Shown piece after piece: positions 45,586-54,459 of a stretch of 64,000 bases of DNA. The translations under genes and the position numbers were made by a program. Numbering within the stretch: position 1 is the stretch's first letter; each line of letters begins with the position of its first letter. Under the pieces are notes generated by a model, which was not told the origin of the DNA, made no database searches, and saw only the letters and a list, made by a program, of their open reading frames with translations. The stretch is from the IMG/VR virus record IMGVR_UViG_3300032281_000616, positions 96,001-160,000 of that record; one strand, given 5' to 3'. This DNA is from a virus. Its lineage: Duplodnaviria > Caudoviricetes.

Positions 45586-47115
45586 TTATTCTTCCCGATT
45601 GCGGCGTGATGGAGCATCTGTAAGATGAATAAGACTTTCCATCGCACGAGTCGCTGCAACATAACGAAGATGTTTTTCTTGCTGTTGCATCCATGGAAGA
45701 ACTGCGTATTTGGATGGAGAAAATTGCGCATCACCCAACCAGTAAACAGTTTTCCATTCAAGACCCTTAGCCTTATGAATAGAACTGAAGGTCACGATAT
45801 TCGGAAGATTCCCATCCTTAGAATCAGTGAACATATCAGCGATAAGTTTCTCCAGAGAATAAAGATCATCCTTTCCGAGAGATTGGACACGTTCAATCAG
45901 AATGATCATGGTATCCAACTTATCTTCCAATTGTTGCATCTTAGCATAAGAAGCTTTCTCGAACTCCTTATTGAAGAATTCATTAAGTTTGATGATGAAG
46001 TCGGAGAGAGTCTTAACCTTTTTCCACTTATTCACCAGTTTGATAAGATCCTTACCAATATCTTTTCCTTCGATACGGCAACCGATACCTTGACGAATAA
46101 GAGCGAAAGCAAGGGCAACATTAGGAGCATTGTTTCGGCAAAGAATCCCAACATTACGATCAAGCTTGATATTCATAGCTTGATCGACAAACTCTTGATA
46201 CTTCATAGAAGTGACAGAACCCTCACAGTTTCCTTCATAGGCCATGATATCAGGAAAGAACTCTTGAGCAGTCTTAATGATATTCTTTCCACAGCGGTAG
46301 CAGATGGAAAGTGGAAGCTCTTCACATTCAAAACGCTCACGAATGAGATTCATTGAATCATTCTCAGCACCAGTGAATCCCATAATTGCTTGTCCTTCAT
46401 CACCAATAAAGATACAACGACCATCTGGTTTGACAAGTTTAGCAGCAAGAAGTTTACGACAAACATTTGTATCTTGAGCTTCATCAACGACAACCCAATC
46501 ATATTGTTGACCCTTGATATCATAGATCAGGGGAAGATACTGCATATCATCAAAATCAATTGAACGAAAATCAAGATTGGAGTCCCTAAGAACTTGCTTG
46601 GCAATTTCAATAACTTCACCAAGATCAGCATCAAAGTCTGTATCGATATCATGATGAGTGATGATTTCCATCCATGCTTGAGTATCATCGATAGAAGTTT
46701 GACCCTTAACACCAAACGCATTTTGTTTAGCGAAACCTACAAGTTTAGTAATAAAGTTGCGAGTATATTGAAGATCTTGACGTTGGCAATACTTTTCAGT
46801 GATCCAATAAACTTTACCATTCTTTGGAACATTATGCCAACCTTTAGCTTTATAGAGCATACCCTTACCCGTTGCATGAAATGTTCCAGAAATAGCATTA
46901 GGAACGCCCATACGAGAAAGTTTCTCTTTAAGTTGCCATGCAGCTTTAGCACCAAAAGCCAACATGATAACATCACCTTTCATGAATTGTGCGCAATGCG
47001 TCACAAGAAAAGTTTTACCGGAACCAGCACGGGCTGGAATGATAAGGTTTCTCTTATTAGGGTTAGGATTACGAACCCAAGATTCGACATCAAGTTGTTG
47101 TTGAGATAGTTGCAT
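45586..47115 (-). CDS. UvrD/Rep-type superfamily 1 helicase
   Basis: ARAGSGKT, VVVDEAQD, FIGD..QAIMGFTGA, YRC, SIHKAKGLEW, YVAATRA. Confidence 0.9.
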   Translation of the reverse strand: MQLSQQQLDVESWVRNPNPNKRNLIIPARAGSGKTFLVTHCAQFMKGDVIMLAFGAKAAWQLKEKLSRMGVPNAISGTFHATGKGMLYKAKGWHNVPKNGKVYWITEKYCQRQDLQYTRNFITKLVGFAKQNAFGVKGQTSIDDTQAWMEIITHHDIDTDFDADLGEVIEIAKQVLRDSNLDFRSIDFDDMQYLPLIYDIKGQQYDWVVVDEAQDTNVCRKLLAAKLVKPDGRCIFIGDEGQAIMGFTGAENDSMNLIRERFECEELPLSICYRCGKNIIKTAQEFFPDIMAYEGNCEGSVTSMKYQEFVDQAMNIKLDRNVGILCRNNAPNVALAFALIRQGIGCRIEGKDIGKDLIKLVNKWKKVKTLSDFIIKLNEFFNKEFEKASYAKMQQLEDKLDTMIILIERVQSLGKDDLYSLEKLIADMFTDSKDGNLPNIVTFSSIHKAKGLEWKTVYWLGDAQFSPSKYAVLPWMQQQEKHLRYVAATRAMESLIHLTDAPSRRNREE

Positions 47116-47164
47116 AAGTGGTGGTTTCTCGTTACGTCCCTATTCTAGGCTAGTGTTTCATCAA

Positions 47165-47365
47165 TTAACCTTCAGTGTCAAACATCTGAACAGTGAAACC
47201 TTCCCCTTCAAAAATTCTATTCTCATAATGAAGATCAAGAGGAATGATTCCATATTCTTCCAACACTTCACCAAATTTATCCTCTTGATCCGAAATAGAA
47301 TCAAGATAATGTAGTTCAGATACCTTATTATTTTCAGTGATAATTACTAGATAGTGTGTAAACAT
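47165..47365 (-). CDS. Small acidic hypothetical protein
   Basis: Motif promoter with N6-ATG. Confidence 0.7.
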   Translation of the reverse strand: MFTHYLVIITENNKVSELHYLDSISDQEDKFGEVLEEYGIIPLDLHYENRIFEGEGFTVQMFDTEG

Positions 47366-47390
47366 GTTAGTATTCTAGGCTAGTGTTTCA

Positions 47391-47666
47391 TCAGTCAACT
47401 ACGGACCAAATTACATCAGTGACAATTTTTCTCTTCTTCATCGGTAGATTCTTCACATTTTCAATGATTTTTTCACAATCATCGTAAGGAATACCGCGCA
47501 AAGCTAGATTGTTTGCTGTGATGGTTCTATTAAAAGTCTTAATCCATTGAGTTTTTTCATTATTCTTAGCAATTAGATAGAATCGTTTATCGTTAGATCT
47601 TTCTTCAGTGTCGGTGTAATAATCCCAAACCAATTCAACATGATAAGTATCTGGTGAGTTGTGCAT
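47391..47666 (-). CDS. Hypothetical protein
   Basis: Motif promoter with N6-ATG; stop abuts the next motif. Confidence 0.7.
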   Translation of the reverse strand: MHNSPDTYHVELVWDYYTDTEERSNDKRFYLIAKNNEKTQWIKTFNRTITANNLALRGIPYDDCEKIIENVKNLPMKKRKIVTDVIWSVVD

Positions 47667-47688
47667 GACCTAATCTTAATCTAGTGTT

Positions 47689-47871
47689 TCATACTGTAAT
47701 ATCCAACTTAGACTTCTTACGATTCATGATGACTTGAAACCATTCATCCAGTTGATCTTTACCAGATTTTCCACCATAACCCTGAAGTTGATTTTGTCGA
47801 ATACTCATCCCCATATTGAGAGCTTTATCAACTAGAAATTTTACTTCTTGTTCTGTGTATGTATTTTCCAT
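47689..47871 (-). CDS. Hypothetical protein
   Basis: TGA inside the motif at 47682. Confidence 0.65.
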   Translation of the reverse strand: MENTYTEQEVKFLVDKALNMGMSIRQNQLQGYGGKSGKDQLDEWFQVIMNRKKSKLDITV

Positions 47872-47893
47872 TGTGGTGATTTATTATTTTGAA

Positions 47894-48006
47894 ATCAAGT
47901 GATAGGACTCGAACCTATAATAATGCCGGTTGTGACGATGCGCTCGGGACAGTGCTATTTTACGCTTATCCTATTACTCACTTACCAGTGTGTCTGCCAC
48001 ACTTAA
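47894..48006 (-). ncRNA. 113-nt tRNA-like RNA
   Basis: Acceptor TTAAGTG/CACTTGA; T arm ATAGG-TTCGAGT-CCTAT; oversized non-canonical interior. Confidence 0.5.
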
Positions 48007-48080
48007 AATTATCAGAAAATTTGATAGTAACGCTACACCATCATATTCGGGGGTGGATACAGCCAGATTCTTAGACTTAT

Positions 48081-48350
48081 TCACTTCATAGGGACAAGAA
48101 GAGTAATCATTTGCTCATCCCCATCTTCATCCTTAACATAGAGATTGGTTCCATCGAATGCGATATCTCCACAATCCTTCATAAAGACCAGACTGAATGA
48201 ATTATTATCGTCTTCCCAATCAAATTCCAACCACCAATCTTCATCATTAGAATCTTCCCATGATGGATAAACCAGAACATTATCATCGATAACGCAGGCA
48301 GAACAATCTTGAATAAGTTTAAGTGCTTCGGCTTGTGTGATGTTTATCAT
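48081..48350 (-). CDS. Small acidic hypothetical protein
   Basis: Motif promoter at 48369. Confidence 0.7.
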   Translation of the reverse strand: MINITQAEALKLIQDCSACVIDDNVLVYPSWEDSNDEDWWLEFDWEDDNNSFSLVFMKDCGDIAFDGTNLYVKDEDGDEQMITLLVPMK

Positions 48351-48375
48351 AACGTCCTCAGTTTAGGATAGTGTT

Positions 48376-48630
48376 TCAACGATACAAGTAGCGATCAGTA
48401 TCATCAGGAAAATCCGAAATGACACAATTATAAAGTTGTTCATCTAAGAAAACATCCATAATAAGTTCGATCTTATTATTAGACAAATGAGGTTCTTCCA
48501 ACTTTGTCTTGATATATTCAAGAGCATTTTCTCTTGTAAATCTTAGTGTTGAGTGTGCGCCCATATTATTGTGTTCTTGTTTTACCTTTGGTAATCTTCG
48601 GACCACCTTCATTGTATCCGGTCCAAGCAT
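48376..48630 (-). CDS. Hypothetical protein (start probably internal)
   Basis: TGA inside the motif at 48369. Confidence 0.6.
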   Translation of the reverse strand: MLGPDTMKVVRRLPKVKQEHNNMGAHSTLRFTRENALEYIKTKLEEPHLSNNKIELIMDVFLDEQLYNCVISDFPDDTDRYLYR

Positions 48631-48814
48631 TCTGAGATTTATGAACCTTTAGTTCTTCATCGGGTAATGCTTCCCTGATTTCAAACCATTTATATTGTTT
48701 AAGATTAGATTTTTTCAAAGCATTCATATAGTTTTCACACTTATGCTTTGCATTCGTTTCCAACCTGACCATCTTTTTCTTGGATTTACCAGCAAGTAAT
48801 GTATAAAGTTTCAT
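48566..48814 (-). CDS. Small basic hypothetical protein
   Basis: ATGA-coupled to the upstream ORF. Confidence 0.6.
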   Translation of the reverse strand: MKLYTLLAGKSKKKMVRLETNAKHKCENYMNALKKSNLKQYKWFEIREALPDEELKVHKSQNAWTGYNEGGPKITKGKTRTQ

Positions 48815-49080
48815 CTTTCGTATTGAGGAAATTGTTCTTTGAATGCTTTATAATGTGTCCAATAACCTGATCCTTTTGATGGTGGAAGTTCTTTTCCAAT
48901 ATCAAAAGTTATTGCATAGAAGGTTTCATCTTTGAATAAATCAGATGGACAAGTCCAAACTTGGCGCATGATTCCATTCACTTCCATATTACAATCAAAT
49001 TCCCAATGTTTCATATTAGTCTTGTTTGTAATATCTCCTAGCATTAACTTTCTTATTAAATCCTCTCCATCCTCCACCAA
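48811..49080 (-). CDS. Hypothetical protein (start probably internal)
   Basis: Coupled to the downstream ORF. Confidence 0.55.
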   Translation of the reverse strand: MVEDGEDLIRKLMLGDITNKTNMKHWEFDCNMEVNGIMRQVWTCPSDLFKDETFYAITFDIGKELPPSKGSGYWTHYKAFKEQFPQYER

Positions 49081-49228
49081 CTCTTACAAAGTATTTGTAA
49101 TCAGGATAATCTTTAGGATGATCAAGAGACATAATACCATTCTCGGTGGAATGATCGAAATCACGAAGTTTCCAATCTTCTACAAAGAAACCAGAATCAT
49201 TAGGATCAATTTGATAGTCTCGAAGCAT
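49016..49228 (-). CDS. Hypothetical protein
   Basis: Motif promoter with N6-ATG. Confidence 0.7.
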   Translation of the reverse strand: MLRDYQIDPNDSGFFVEDWKLRDFDHSTENGIMSLDHPKDYPDYKYFVRVGGGWRGFNKKVNARRYYKQD

Positions 49229-49249
49229 GAGAGTATTATGGTTTAGTGT

Positions 49250-49540
49250 TCAATAACACCGATCAGGATGCCATCCGCGAGGATAACGCTCGATGAGTTT
49301 AATTTCATCAATCAAATAACCGTCTTCTTCTGTATATCTAAACTTAACAACCCCATCAACTTCAACCCTAGCTTCGACAGGAAAATCCTTTCGATCACAT
49401 CCAAAACCTTCATGGATTAAACTTTGATAGACACATTTAGCCGCATACTCAGAATGGTGAGTATCTTCTGATTTATTTTCAGATGATTCACTCCAACCTA
49501 ATCGAATTTCTCTTGGCCATACTAGAATGCTTTTGATCAT
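49250..49540 (-). CDS. Hypothetical protein
   Basis: Motif promoter with N6-ATG; stop inside the next motif. Confidence 0.72.
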   Translation of the reverse strand: MIKSILVWPREIRLGWSESSENKSEDTHHSEYAAKCVYQSLIHEGFGCDRKDFPVEARVEVDGVVKFRYTEEDGYLIDEIKLIERYPRGWHPDRCY

Positions 49541-49561
49541 GTTACTATTGTGGTTTAGTGT

Positions 49562-49747
49562 TTAATACTTTCCAACTTGCCACATAAGAACATCAAATCC
49601 TGCTAATTGATATTTCAAACGCTTCTTATTAGCTTTATCAATATCCTTAATAAAATGTTTCTTATGAAGCACGGGTTCACCAGTTTTCCAAGACCAAACC
49701 ATAATCTGATACTTACCAATATGTTTGTCTTTATTCATAAGATTCAA
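49562..49747 (-). CDS. Hypothetical protein
   Basis: Stop inside the motif at 49556. Confidence 0.62.
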   Translation of the reverse strand: MNLMNKDKHIGKYQIMVWSWKTGEPVLHKKHFIKDIDKANKKRLKYQLAGFDVLMWQVGKY

Positions 49748-49959
49748 TTCCTTTCACATGAGATAATTAATTCAGCTTTATGTCCTCTATATGGATCAGA
49801 TGAAAGGTAATCATGAAGTTCGGAAGAATATCCATCCCACATAATACCTATACTTTGTCGATCAATTCTATTCAAGATTTTATCTATAGCTTCTTCCACC
49901 ACACTTTCAGAAACATCTCCACAATACATAGATACTTCGATAGTTATTTTCTTACGCAT
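49744..49959 (-). CDS. Hypothetical protein
   Basis: ATGA-coupled to the downstream ORF. Confidence 0.6.
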   Translation of the reverse strand: MRKKITIEVSMYCGDVSESVVEEAIDKILNRIDRQSIGIMWDGYSSELHDYLSSDPYRGHKAELIISCERN

Positions 49960-49970
49960 ATTGATTTATT

Positions 49971-50189
49971 TCATTGTTCAACTTTCACAAATGCAGATTC
50001 CCAATGACCAAATGCACCGAAAGAAGTATCCATAGGAGCCATCCAAGGTTGATTATGTTCAGAGATAAGAACCCAAAGAGGAAAATCTGGTAATTTTTGA
50101 AGGGTGTAAAGACAGCATACGGGTGTATCTTTTTTATAAAGGAATTGATCACCGGACTTCATCGGAGTGTATTGATTGACCGTTTGCAT
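49971..50189 (-). CDS. Hypothetical protein
   Basis: Motif promoter with N6-ATG. Confidence 0.7.
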   Translation of the reverse strand: MQTVNQYTPMKSGDQFLYKKDTPVCCLYTLQKLPDFPLWVLISEHNQPWMAPMDTSFGAFGHWESAFVKVEQ

Positions 50190-50211
50190 GTCCTAATACT
50201 ATCGTAGTGTT

Positions 50212-50412
50212 TCATTCATCAAGATCGCAAGCAACTTCAGCAGTTAAAGCCACCAAAAATCTCTCATCAGAATTTAATACTTTCCAATTCTTTTGAATCT
50301 CTTGAGGAACATAATTTCTCCAATCTGATCTCGAATATTGAAAGGTATCATCTGATAGATCGAAATCTTGATAAGATCTACTGAAGTTGTTTTGTAGTGT
50401 TGCTCCAAACAT
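50212..50412 (-). CDS. Hypothetical protein
   Basis: Stop inside the motif at 50205. Confidence 0.6.
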   Translation of the reverse strand: MFGATLQNNFSRSYQDFDLSDDTFQYSRSDWRNYVPQEIQKNWKVLNSDERFLVALTAEVACDLDE

Positions 50413-50602
50413 AATCGATATTACTCATTGCTGTCTCAATACCATCCATGGAATAACAATAGTCGATCATCATTTGATCATACTTATCGAGTTCATTGAA
50501 CTTATTCCAATACTCTTCTGTTTTAAGTTCAGCAAGTTCAAAGGATTCGTGGATGTTAATCATACGAACCTTGATCGCATTAAAGAGTGCTAAATTTCTC
50601 AT
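50378..50602 (-). CDS. Hypothetical protein
   Basis: Packed between its neighbours. Confidence 0.55.
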   Translation of the reverse strand: MRNLALFNAIKVRMINIHESFELAELKTEEYWNKFNELDKYDQMMIDYCYSMDGIETAMSNIDYVWSNTTKQLQ

Positions 50603-50607
50603 ATAAC

Positions 50608-50925
50608 TTATTTTTTAGGAACATCACGACCTTCCCAGATCTTAGTAAAGTCTCCAAAAGCTTCATCAATAAGAGGATCTACTGTATAATCACAGATAGT
50701 TTCTTCTGGTTGATTTCCGAGAACAATATGGACCCAGAGTGTTTTACCATCAGGATTCTTAACATAAAGATGAGATTCATCAGTAGCTTCGATTTCACCC
50801 ACAGCTTCTTCAGTATTATCCACAAATACTCCACCATCGCCATTATCTACAGAATGTAGAGTCAATCCTTTATTAAGTAGGCACTTAATGATATCTTCAA
50901 TAACAGGAGTCCAGTTGTTTTTCAT
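50608..50925 (-). CDS. Acidic hypothetical protein
   Basis: Motif promoter with N6-ATG; WVHIVLGN..ETICDY. Confidence 0.75.
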   Translation of the reverse strand: MKNNWTPVIEDIIKCLLNKGLTLHSVDNGDGGVFVDNTEEAVGEIEATDESHLYVKNPDGKTLWVHIVLGNQPEETICDYTVDPLIDEAFGDFTKIWEGRDVPKK

Positions 50926-50947
50926 GTCCTTAGTTTACTCTAGTGTT

Positions 50948-51217
50948 TCAACGATTGAATAGGTCTTCAACTTCAGGAGAACAATCGATTAGAAGAACTT
51001 TATTTTTCTCTTCATATAATTCAAATGCCCTTTTTATTACGAATTCGTCTGTTTCATAAAAAGAATCAGTATATTCAAAATATATGATTCTTTTATATTT
51101 GTTAAAGAAAGACCAGAAACCCACTCTTTCTTTATAGATGTGAAGGCTACTCTCCCAGCTAACCATTTTAGTTATCTCGTAAAAGTAAACATCATCCTTA
51201 TAGATAACCTTTTTCAT
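50948..51217 (-). CDS. Hypothetical protein
   Basis: Stop inside the motif at 50941. Confidence 0.68.
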   Translation of the reverse strand: MKKVIYKDDVYFYEITKMVSWESSLHIYKERVGFWSFFNKYKRIIYFEYTDSFYETDEFVIKRAFELYEEKNKVLLIDCSPEVEDLFNR

Positions 51218-51362
51218 GGAAATTTATACGTGTGATTAACCAAAAACCACAAGATTATGGTTATAACAGAGAAAATTTTATCTATTGTGTAAGAGGAGTC
51301 ATCAAATAATACACCTACACAGGTCCATCCGATAAAGAATGCAGTAATTATAAGTAGCATAG

Positions 51363-51656
51363 TTAAATTGTGTAAAATTTGTTATTATCAATAGGATTAC
51401 CATTAAGATAAGCCTGACCCTTACTTGTAGAAATACTTACACCGGGAATTCCATTAAGTCTTTCACGGGTGACTCTAGTATTCCAGCCAGATAGAGATAC
51501 CTCGATGACTAAAGTTTTATGATTCTTTATAGCAATCAGATTACCATGAAGAAACATTTCCATTTGATCTGGACCAAATTCCACTGAAGTATTGGACCTA
51601 TCAAATGAATGGTTGAACATAAATGCATTAACAGCATCTTCAGTAATCTTTCTCAT
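51363..51656 (-). CDS. Hypothetical protein
   Basis: Motif promoter with N6-ATG; LHGNLIA...GWNTRVTRERLNG. Confidence 0.78.
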   Translation of the reverse strand: MRKITEDAVNAFMFNHSFDRSNTSVEFGPDQMEMFLHGNLIAIKNHKTLVIEVSLSGWNTRVTRERLNGIPGVSISTSKGQAYLNGNPIDNNKFYTI

Positions 51657-51670
51657 ACCCTTAGTTTATT

Positions 51671-51958
51671 CTAGTGTTTGATCATTACAACAGGATGAAC
51701 AAATCCTGTAAGTTTAGTTATATTATTATAGAAAGGATTCTCTTTCGACTTTCCTAATAGACTCCAACATTTACCATTTCTATAATTAAATCTCCAGTGT
51801 CTAAACATCATAGAGTCTCCATTAGACCAAGCAGGAGATTTAACCTTCAATGTCTCATCGTTGTTTTCTACAACATAAAGTTTATATGGTATCCAATCAA
51901 CTGAGATCCAGTCTCCCGGAGATAAATCTTTACTCGTCATTTTCTTCAATCTCTGCAA
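51671..51958 (-). CDS. Hypothetical protein
   Basis: Ends AAA CAC TAG, i.e. on the motif itself. Confidence 0.65.
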   Translation of the reverse strand: MQRLKKMTSKDLSPGDWISVDWIPYKLYVVENNDETLKVKSPAWSNGDSMMFRHWRFNYRNGKCWSLLGKSKENPFYNNITKLTGFVHPVVMIKH

Positions 51959-52087
51959 TCAGATTATCTATTCTCTTCTTCAGATAATCCTTAAACATAT
52001 CGATCTGATCATCCGGTAGATAATTAAAATCGATAACATCATAAGCTTTCCGTAGAATATCATCTACTAATTTGATGTATTCCATAA

Positions 52088-52330
52088 TCAATGTCTGTTA
52101 ATATAATTAATAAATTTTTCGAGATGTTCATCAGCCTTTTCTTCTGTTCTACAAAATGTTTTATTCATCTTGAAAACATGAAAGGAAACAGTATCAGGAT
52201 ATAGCCTATTGATATAGGCAATAGAAGACATCCATTATTCTTCTGTTTCATCATAGTAAGGTTTAGATACTTTAAGAATATCGGATGCCCTTACATAATC
52301 ACCATCAGGAAGTTTGATCATCTTGCTCAT
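52088..52330 (-). pseudogene. Motif-driven 80-codon ORF with an internal TAA
   Basis: MSKMIKLPDGDYVRASDILKVSKPYYDETEE*WMSSIAYINR...; TAA at 52235-52237. Confidence 0.5.
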
Positions 52331-52351
52331 ATCAGTATTATGGTTTAGTGT

Positions 52352-52747
52352 TTAATAATGACGATAACCATCAGAGTCAAACTTCACACCCAATTCGTCT
52401 GTGGCGTATTGTTCTATGTCGTGACTAATTTCTGAAAGCATATTAGAAACTCTTTCTCTCATATCTTCCAACTTTTCCAATATCGGTTTACCGTGAATCA
52501 ATTCTCTCAACATCAAAGCGGCTTTTTTCTCAACGTCTTTGTTATAACTATCACATAAATTATTGAAGAAATAAGCAATAGGAATGACATGTCCACCAAT
52601 TTTCAATTCACAATCAATTCCTTCATGTCCATCATCATAAACGTTTTTATAAATCTTATCAAATCCACTACCCACAGAAACCTCTGCAAAAGCATTTGCT
52701 AAGATGATAGATACTGGAGAATGTTTAGTTAAAGAAATTTTTTCCAT
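52352..52747 (-). CDS. Hypothetical protein
   Basis: Motif promoter with N6-ATG; stop inside the next motif. Confidence 0.75.
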   Translation of the reverse strand: MEKISLTKHSPVSIILANAFAEVSVGSGFDKIYKNVYDDGHEGIDCELKIGGHVIPIAYFFNNLCDSYNKDVEKKAALMLRELIHGKPILEKLEDMRERVSNMLSEISHDIEQYATDELGVKFDSDGYRHY

Positions 52748-52761
52748 GAGACTATTATGGT

Positions 52762-53082
52762 TTAGTGTTTAAAGACTTCGGGTAGAATAGCTTTCAATTG
52801 ATTATCGTATTTTGAATTCAATTCTTTGGTTTCTACAGTTTTATTACCTCCGATATTTACCAATGATTCAATCAACTTCACCCCTGCTTCCCCTTCGATG
52901 ATTTTGAAAGGTTCAAACCAACCTTGATAAGATTCAATATATACTTTATTACCTTTAAACTTCTCAACTTCACCCCATAAACAATATGGGAATTTATCAT
53001 AAGACCAGAATGCGTATAGTTTTTGATTCATATTATTTATAGGAAAGGAATGTTCTGACCGAATCGAAATTCGTTGAGTCAC
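52762..53082 (-). CDS. Hypothetical protein (start may be MNQKLYAFW)
   Basis: Ends AAA CAC TAA on the motif. Confidence 0.68.
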   Translation of the reverse strand: MTQRISIRSEHSFPINNMNQKLYAFWSYDKFPYCLWGEVEKFKGNKVYIESYQGWFEPFKIIEGEAGVKLIESLVNIGGNKTVETKELNSKYDNQLKAILPEVFKH

Positions 53083-53235
53083 TTCAAATGCTTATTAGCA
53101 TCCGCGACTCATCAGATAACGTTACCATTATCACGAGGATTTACCCACATTGCTTTATCAGAATCACCCGACTTCATCATAGGCTTATATCAACCCCTAC
53201 TAGTTATTGATTAAATAACGTGGATGTTTAAAATG

Positions 53236-53310
53236 TGAGAGAGACAGGATTCGAACCTGCATCGATCCATTACGGTACTACGGAGTAGAATTCCGTTCCG
53301 ATACACTCCC
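53236..53310 (-). tRNA. Pseudo-tRNA lacking the D arm (TCT in the loop)
   Basis: GGGAGTG/CTCTCTC; ACGGA-ATTCTAC-TCCGT; long variable region; GCAGG-TTCGAAT-CCTGT. Confidence 0.45.
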
Positions 53311-53328
53311 ATTAAAATCTATTACTAT

Positions 53329-53565
53329 TTATGGTGGCAACTCAGGACCAACATAATCAAAAAATCCAGTTTCAGTATTATATGCTAAATTTGGATCTGT
53401 TAGTTCTCCAACGATATAATCAATATAATCATTGACTGCTTCTAGTTGTTCTCTAGAATATCGACATCCTTCAGATACGCTCTTATCAATATCAATATCA
53501 TTATCTCTTCCAGATAAGATCCATTCAACAATCTCTTGTTGAGTCATGTTTTGTTGTTTCAACAT
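53329..53565 (-). CDS. Small acidic hypothetical protein
   Basis: AAACACTA-AAG-TATAAT-N6-ATG. Confidence 0.72.
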   Translation of the reverse strand: MLKQQNMTQQEIVEWILSGRDNDIDIDKSVSEGCRYSREQLEAVNDYIDYIVGELTDPNLAYNTETGFFDYVGPELPP

Positions 53566-53751
53566 AGTCTTATTATACTTTAGTGTTTTATGTGACCATT
53601 CTCTTTCAGATATCTAATGATAGCATCTTGGTCTGACTTTGTGTAATATCTTTTCAGTTTTCGTCTAGTTTGAATTGTATCCAAACCTTTGTATGAATTG
53701 ACAAAGGATTCATGGAATACTAAACCTTTGATGACAACACTCACAATAAAA

Positions 53752-53827
53752 TGGTCCTCCTAACCAGATTCGAACTGGTAACTAACGGTTTATGAAACCG
53801 CTACTCTGACCGTTGAGTTATAGGAGG
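53752..53827 (-). tRNA. tRNA-Ile2 (CAT), putative lysidine substrate
   Basis: CCTCCTA/TAGGAGG-A-CCA; GCGGT-TTCATAA-ACCGT; lies directly downstream of tilS. Confidence 0.82.
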
Positions 53828-53832
53828 ATATA

Positions 53833-54444
53833 TTACAAATAAAATTTCTTTAATACGACTTTCTCCAACCCTCTTCGTTCTTCGATTTTAGGAAGGATTT
53901 CATTTCTAATCCAGTTTCTTTCATATTTACTATCTGAATTGGTTTCATCAACTACTACATATCCAGATAATCCTCTTTTATCAACCCAATCCTCTAAATT
54001 AGATTTACTGTTTTTAATAAAAGGTCGCAGCAAAGTAAAATTATCAAACTCACTAATTTGTTGAATCGGTTTATATTCTGGACAACCTTTTAGACAATTC
54101 ATAATATACTGTTCAACACAATCACCTAGATGATGACAGACTATAATTGATTCACCAATCTCATCGAAGAAACTTAATCTCTCTTGTCTCAAATTATCTT
54201 CAATGTTCTTAGTGTATTTTACGCGACATTCACCAATTGTCAAATGAATTTTGTAGTCATCACAAAACTTTCGACAAACATCAACCATCTTTAGATTCTG
54301 TTCTCTTTGATTATGATTGAAGTGGATAGCTTTGAAATTATAACCTAATGTTAAAAGAAGATGAGAGCATGCTAAACTATCAACTCCACCAGAGATAGCA
54401 ACCGAAAATTGCTCAGGAATGATTTTTCTATTGATATGAATCAT
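53833..54444 (-). CDS. tilS: tRNA(Ile)-lysidine synthetase
   Basis: VAISGGVDS PP-loop, HFNH, HHLGD..E, LLRPF, VDETN....YERNWIR; true start MIHINRK (the ORF-track extension lies in the tRNA duplicate). Confidence 0.88.
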   Translation of the reverse strand: MIHINRKIIPEQFSVAISGGVDSLACSHLLLTLGYNFKAIHFNHNQREQNLKMVDVCRKFCDDYKIHLTIGECRVKYTKNIEDNLRQERLSFFDEIGESIIVCHHLGDCVEQYIMNCLKGCPEYKPIQQISEFDNFTLLRPFIKNSKSNLEDWVDKRGLSGYVVVDETNSDSKYERNWIRNEILPKIEERRGLEKVVLKKFYL

Positions 54445-54459
54445 TATTGTATGAGATAG

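Noticed and set aside
45625-47109. Long plus-strand ORFs (243 aa, 171 aa) opposite the UvrD helicase
   Set aside because: Antisense shadows with no recognisable motifs or promoter; the same applies to the other short opposite-strand ORFs in the track
23051-47940. Shared 12-mer GGTTGTGACGAT between the two tRNA-like RNAs
   Set aside because: It lies in opposite orientation relative to the two RNAs, and a 12-bp match is expected by chance in 64 kb
27125-52330. Alternative genetic code (stop-codon reassignment)
   Set aside because: Only two isolated in-frame stops (one TGA, one TAA); TAA, TGA and TAG all terminate conserved genes and no suppressor tRNA was seen
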